From a metagenome: a stretch of DNA of 8,511 nt. The notes below the pieces were generated by a model that had not been told where the DNA came from, ran no database searches, and saw only the letters and a program-made list of their open reading frames with translations. This document shows, in pieces, positions 7,029 through 8,511 of the stretch. Numbering within the stretch: position 1 is the first letter of the stretch; every line of letters begins with the position of its first letter. A program made the translations under genes and the position numbers. The stretch lies in the sequence record SRR7130817_659013; one strand, 5' to 3'.

Positions 7029-7047
7029 GCGTTGAAGGAATTCTATA

Positions 7048-7056
7048 GTGTAATAA
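7048..7056 (+). promoter_or_regulatory. Putative poly(A) signal, second copy of the 9-mer GTGTAATAA (TGTAA core)
   Basis: It lies 20 nt after the POLA2 stop and is identical to 669-677. It is immediately preceded by GAATTCTAT, the reverse complement of the ATAGAATTC repeat upstream of tRNA-Trp. Confidence 0.35.
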
Positions 7057-7195
7057 TTAATCCGCGACAACGTCATATTGGATATTACATGGAACTGAAA
7101 AGGTGCGGTACGTTTACATACGCATGGCGCGAATCGTTTTGAATAGATGGTGTGTAGATACAGAGCGAGAAAGAAATGATAACGCTTCGAACAAC

Positions 7196-7396
7196 TCAGT
7201 TGCTCGCGGCGAACCCGCGAGAAGACGGTCTGTACGTCGCTTCCTTGACAGATGCCACGACCGCCGTTTTCTTTTCTTCCTCCGCCATTTGCATAGCCAT
7301 CATCGAGACGCCGCTTCCGATCGCCACCCCGGTGCCGACCAAACCGGTCAACGCGAGGATGGAGAGCGAGACGTAGACGCTTTGCGTGCCTGGCAT
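7196..7396 (-). CDS. Hypothetical 66-aa small membrane protein with a glycine-zipper transmembrane segment
   Basis: The ATG has A at -3. A hydrophobic, glycine-zipper-like stretch (VYVSLSILALTGLVGTGVAIGSGVSMMAM) is followed by a charged tail (QMAEEEKKTAVVASVKEA...). The TGA stop is at 7196-7198. TGTAA motifs occur on the minus strand at 7114-7118 and 7085-7089. Caveat: a mirror 66-aa ORF on + (7176-7376) shares the same wobble positions, so GC3 bias cannot pick the strand. I recognise no homologue. Confidence 0.4.
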   Translation of the reverse strand: MPGTQSVYVSLSILALTGLVGTGVAIGSGVSMMAMQMAEEEKKTAVVASVKEATYRPSSRGFAASN

Positions 7397-7677
7397 TATT
7401 TCGTTAAATGTGTTTGTCCTGCGATCGCCGAAAGCGAGGTTTCACGCGTCAGCGAACGAACGAAAAAAGACGACGCGGGTTCGATCGATCGATCGCGTCA
7501 TCGCCAACGTGCGACCCAAGCGATCGCGTCGCTTTTCGCTTTCATTCGCCCGTCGCCGTCGCGCGCATTCGCTCGAGATCGGGGACGCATTATTCCCACC
7601 GCTCGATTCCATCGCATCGAGCGCGCGATCGCTCGAAATGCGATGCGATGCCGCGCGAATAGCGCGACGGGCGACGG

Positions 7678-7723
7678 GCGAACCCTCGCGCGAGATCTCG
7701 CCCCGTCGCGCGCGAGGGTTCGC
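7678..7723. repeat. Perfect 15-bp inverted repeat (GCGAACCCTCGCGCG / CGCGCGAGGGTTCGC) with a 16-nt spacer
   Basis: Verified base by base. The arms are 7678-7692 and 7709-7723. The left arm and spacer junction contains the palindrome CGAGATCTCG (7691-7700). The repeat lies in a non-coding GC-rich region. Confidence 0.85.
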
Positions 7724-8072
7724 GACGACGACGCCTCGCGATCTCGAGCGACGACGGACGCGTTCGCGCGAACCGAACGCACCTTTAAGAATGCGTGTGC
7801 GAGTCGAAAGCGCGAAAGCGATCGACACTCGTGCGAGTTTACGTTAGGGAAACGGGATCCGTGCGGAAGAGTGCGCGCGCGTCGCGCGCGAAAGGCGCGG
7901 TCGTCGGCGCACGGCGACCGTTCGCTGAAATGGGCGACGCGCTGACGAATGAGGACTCTCGGAGTGAGGGACACATATACCCGTACTTCTTTCGTCGTCA
8001 CTTCGCGCGCTCGAAGTGGAGGCAAAATGACTTTTATGGAGTATATTCCGATGCTATTGTGCGGAAAAGCAC

Positions 8073-8091
8073 ATAGAATTCAATAGAATTC
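8073..8091 (+). repeat. Tandem direct repeat ATAGAATTC-A-ATAGAATTC just upstream of tRNA-Trp
   Basis: Read directly from the sequence at 8073-8081 and 8083-8091. It forms an AT-rich element 15-33 nt upstream of the tRNA. A third, inverted copy (GAATTCTAT) is at 7038-7046. Confidence 0.85.
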
Positions 8092-8105
8092 GCCGATCAT
8101 CATCA

Positions 8106-8235
8106 GGCTTCGTAGCATAACGGTAGTGCGTCAGACTCCAGTCTCCTCGCGAAGGCGAGGTCGTTCGCACGTTCGCATGCTTGAGTCACCGATAGAGCTA
8201 TCTGAAGGTTCAGAGTTCGAATCTCTGCGAGGTCA
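8106..8235 (+). tRNA. tRNA-Trp(CCA), nuclear type, with a 58-nt intron
   Basis: Hand-folded cloverleaf. The acceptor stem is GGCTTCG/CGAGGTC (two G-U pairs). The D arm is GCAT-AACGGTA-GTGC. The anticodon stem is TCAGA/TCTGA. The loop is C-T-CCA-G[intron]A, which matches the CTCCAGA loop of animal tRNA-Trp. The variable region is AGGTT. The T arm is CAGAG-TTCGAAT-CTCTG. G1-C72 and A73 are the eukaryotic/archaeal Trp identity set. The anticodon is at 8138-8140. A T4 run follows 3 nt downstream. Confidence 0.85.
8142..8199 (+). other. tRNA-Trp intron at the canonical 37/38 position
   Basis: Intron nucleotide -3 (G8197) can pair with C32 (8136), and A8196 and G8195 can pair with U33 and C34. The intron contains a 6-bp hairpin, CCTCGC-GAAG-GCGAGG (8145-8160). 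It also contains a tandem 8-mer duplication, CGTTCGCA-CGTTCGCA (8162-8177). Confidence 0.75.
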
Positions 8236-8238
8236 AGC

Positions 8239-8242
8239 TTTT
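8239..8242 (+). terminator. Pol III terminator (T4)
   Basis: A TTTT run starts 3 nt after the tRNA-Trp discriminator base. Confidence 0.6.
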
Positions 8243-8480
8243 GCTCATAGCCTTTAAACATTTTCACTATATGTCATCCGTCCAAATTCTAAAATAAATT
8301 AGTTTACTGTCTTCTCAGATTTTATTCTGATCTTAAAATTTCTAATTCACATACCAATTGTCCAAATTATTTGCTAAGTATATATATAAATGAATATTAG
8401 ACACATGGTTCATACAAAAATCATGGACGTGTAGTCATCCTAATAACATAGGCATGTAAAAATTATACTATACATTTTTC
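8243..8480. other. AT-rich island, roughly 30% GC by eye against about 60-65% for the rest of the window, with no ORF
   Basis: The composition switches abruptly right after the tRNA-Trp terminator and returns to GC-rich sequence at about 8481. GTCCAAATT occurs at 8280-8288 and 8360-8368, exactly 80 bp apart. (TA)5AA is at 8379-8390. GTCATCC occurs at 8273-8279 and 8434-8440. There are stop codons in all frames. Confidence 0.8.
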
Positions 8481-8511
8481 GAACTGTCGAGTCACAGCTC
8501 AAGCGAGCGGT

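Noticed and set aside
7873-7889. (CG)4-T-(CG)4, an alternating purine-pyrimidine tract that could be Z-DNA-prone.
   Set aside because: It is short and expected in CpG-rich sequence, so it has no independent significance.
7103-8025. ORFs of 280 aa (+), 153 aa (+), 128 aa (-) and 175 aa (-) in the GC-rich block.
   Set aside because: They overlap one another in several frames and are Arg-rich low complexity with no domain signature. Several start at non-ATG codons. The region is treated as non-coding (see the finding on this region).
8090-8105. A TGATGA (C-box-like) word on the minus strand upstream of tRNA-Trp, and GGATGA words in the AT island, as possible C/D snoRNA signals.
   Set aside because: There is no correctly spaced CTGA D box, no terminal stem and no plausible guide region. 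This is not supported.
2605-8283. The 10-mer GTCATCCGTC is shared between the minus strand of the heptamer microsatellite (2605-2625) and the AT-rich island (8273-8282).
   Set aside because: It is a single short match, one partner is a repeat unit, and there is no extended similarity on either side. I cannot exclude chance without a genome-wide count.
8181-8506. GAGTCAC occurs in both the tRNA-Trp intron (8183-8189) and the window end (8490-8496), which might mark an att-like duplication flanking the AT island.
   Set aside because: Only 7 nt match, there is no extended identity, and one copy lies inside the intron rather than at the tRNA 3' end. This is insufficient to call integration-site repeats.
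1-8511. A prokaryotic-style system: an operon, defence island, CRISPR array, toxin-antitoxin pair or integron.
   Set aside because: The gene content (USP39, POLA2, TLDc), the intron-bearing nuclear-type tRNAs with Pol III T-run terminators and the monocistronic layout are all eukaryotic. No direct-repeat/spacer arrays or integrase or transposase ORFs were seen.

Overview
The window is GC-rich and very gene-dense. It holds five well-supported protein-coding genes without detectable spliceosomal introns, one weaker small ORF, and two nuclear-type tRNA genes that each carry a canonical 37/38 intron and end in a Pol III T-run. It reads as nuclear DNA of a compact eukaryote. By inference from composition, gene density and gene content, it is most consistent with a Mamiellophyceae-type green picoalga (Micromonas/Ostreococcus-like). 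Gene order: (1) a 5'-truncated S26/IMP-like signal-peptidase homologue on + whose Ser/Lys catalytic dyad reads Ala/Arg; (2) a convergent USP39/Sad1 tri-snRNP protein on -; (3) tRNA-Glu(UUC) with a 28-nt intron, preceded by two overlapping perfect palindromes; (4) a TLDc-domain protein; (5) a bacterial-type UDP-galactopyranose mutase; (6) DNA polymerase alpha subunit B only 114 bp downstream; (7) a possible 66-aa glycine-zipper membrane ORF on -; (8) about 700 bp of GC-rich sequence with no credible coding signal but strong inverted repeats; (9) tRNA-Trp(CCA) with a 58-nt intron; (10) an abrupt AT-rich island of about 240 bp. No prokaryotic-style operon, CRISPR array, defence system or clear transposon was found. 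The points most worth follow-up are the dyad-less S26 homologue, the bacterial-type UGM in a eukaryotic context, the intron-bearing tRNAs, the palindromes and inverted repeats, the over-represented GCGATCGC octamer and the AT-rich island. The many long antisense ORFs in the track are treated as high-GC artefacts.
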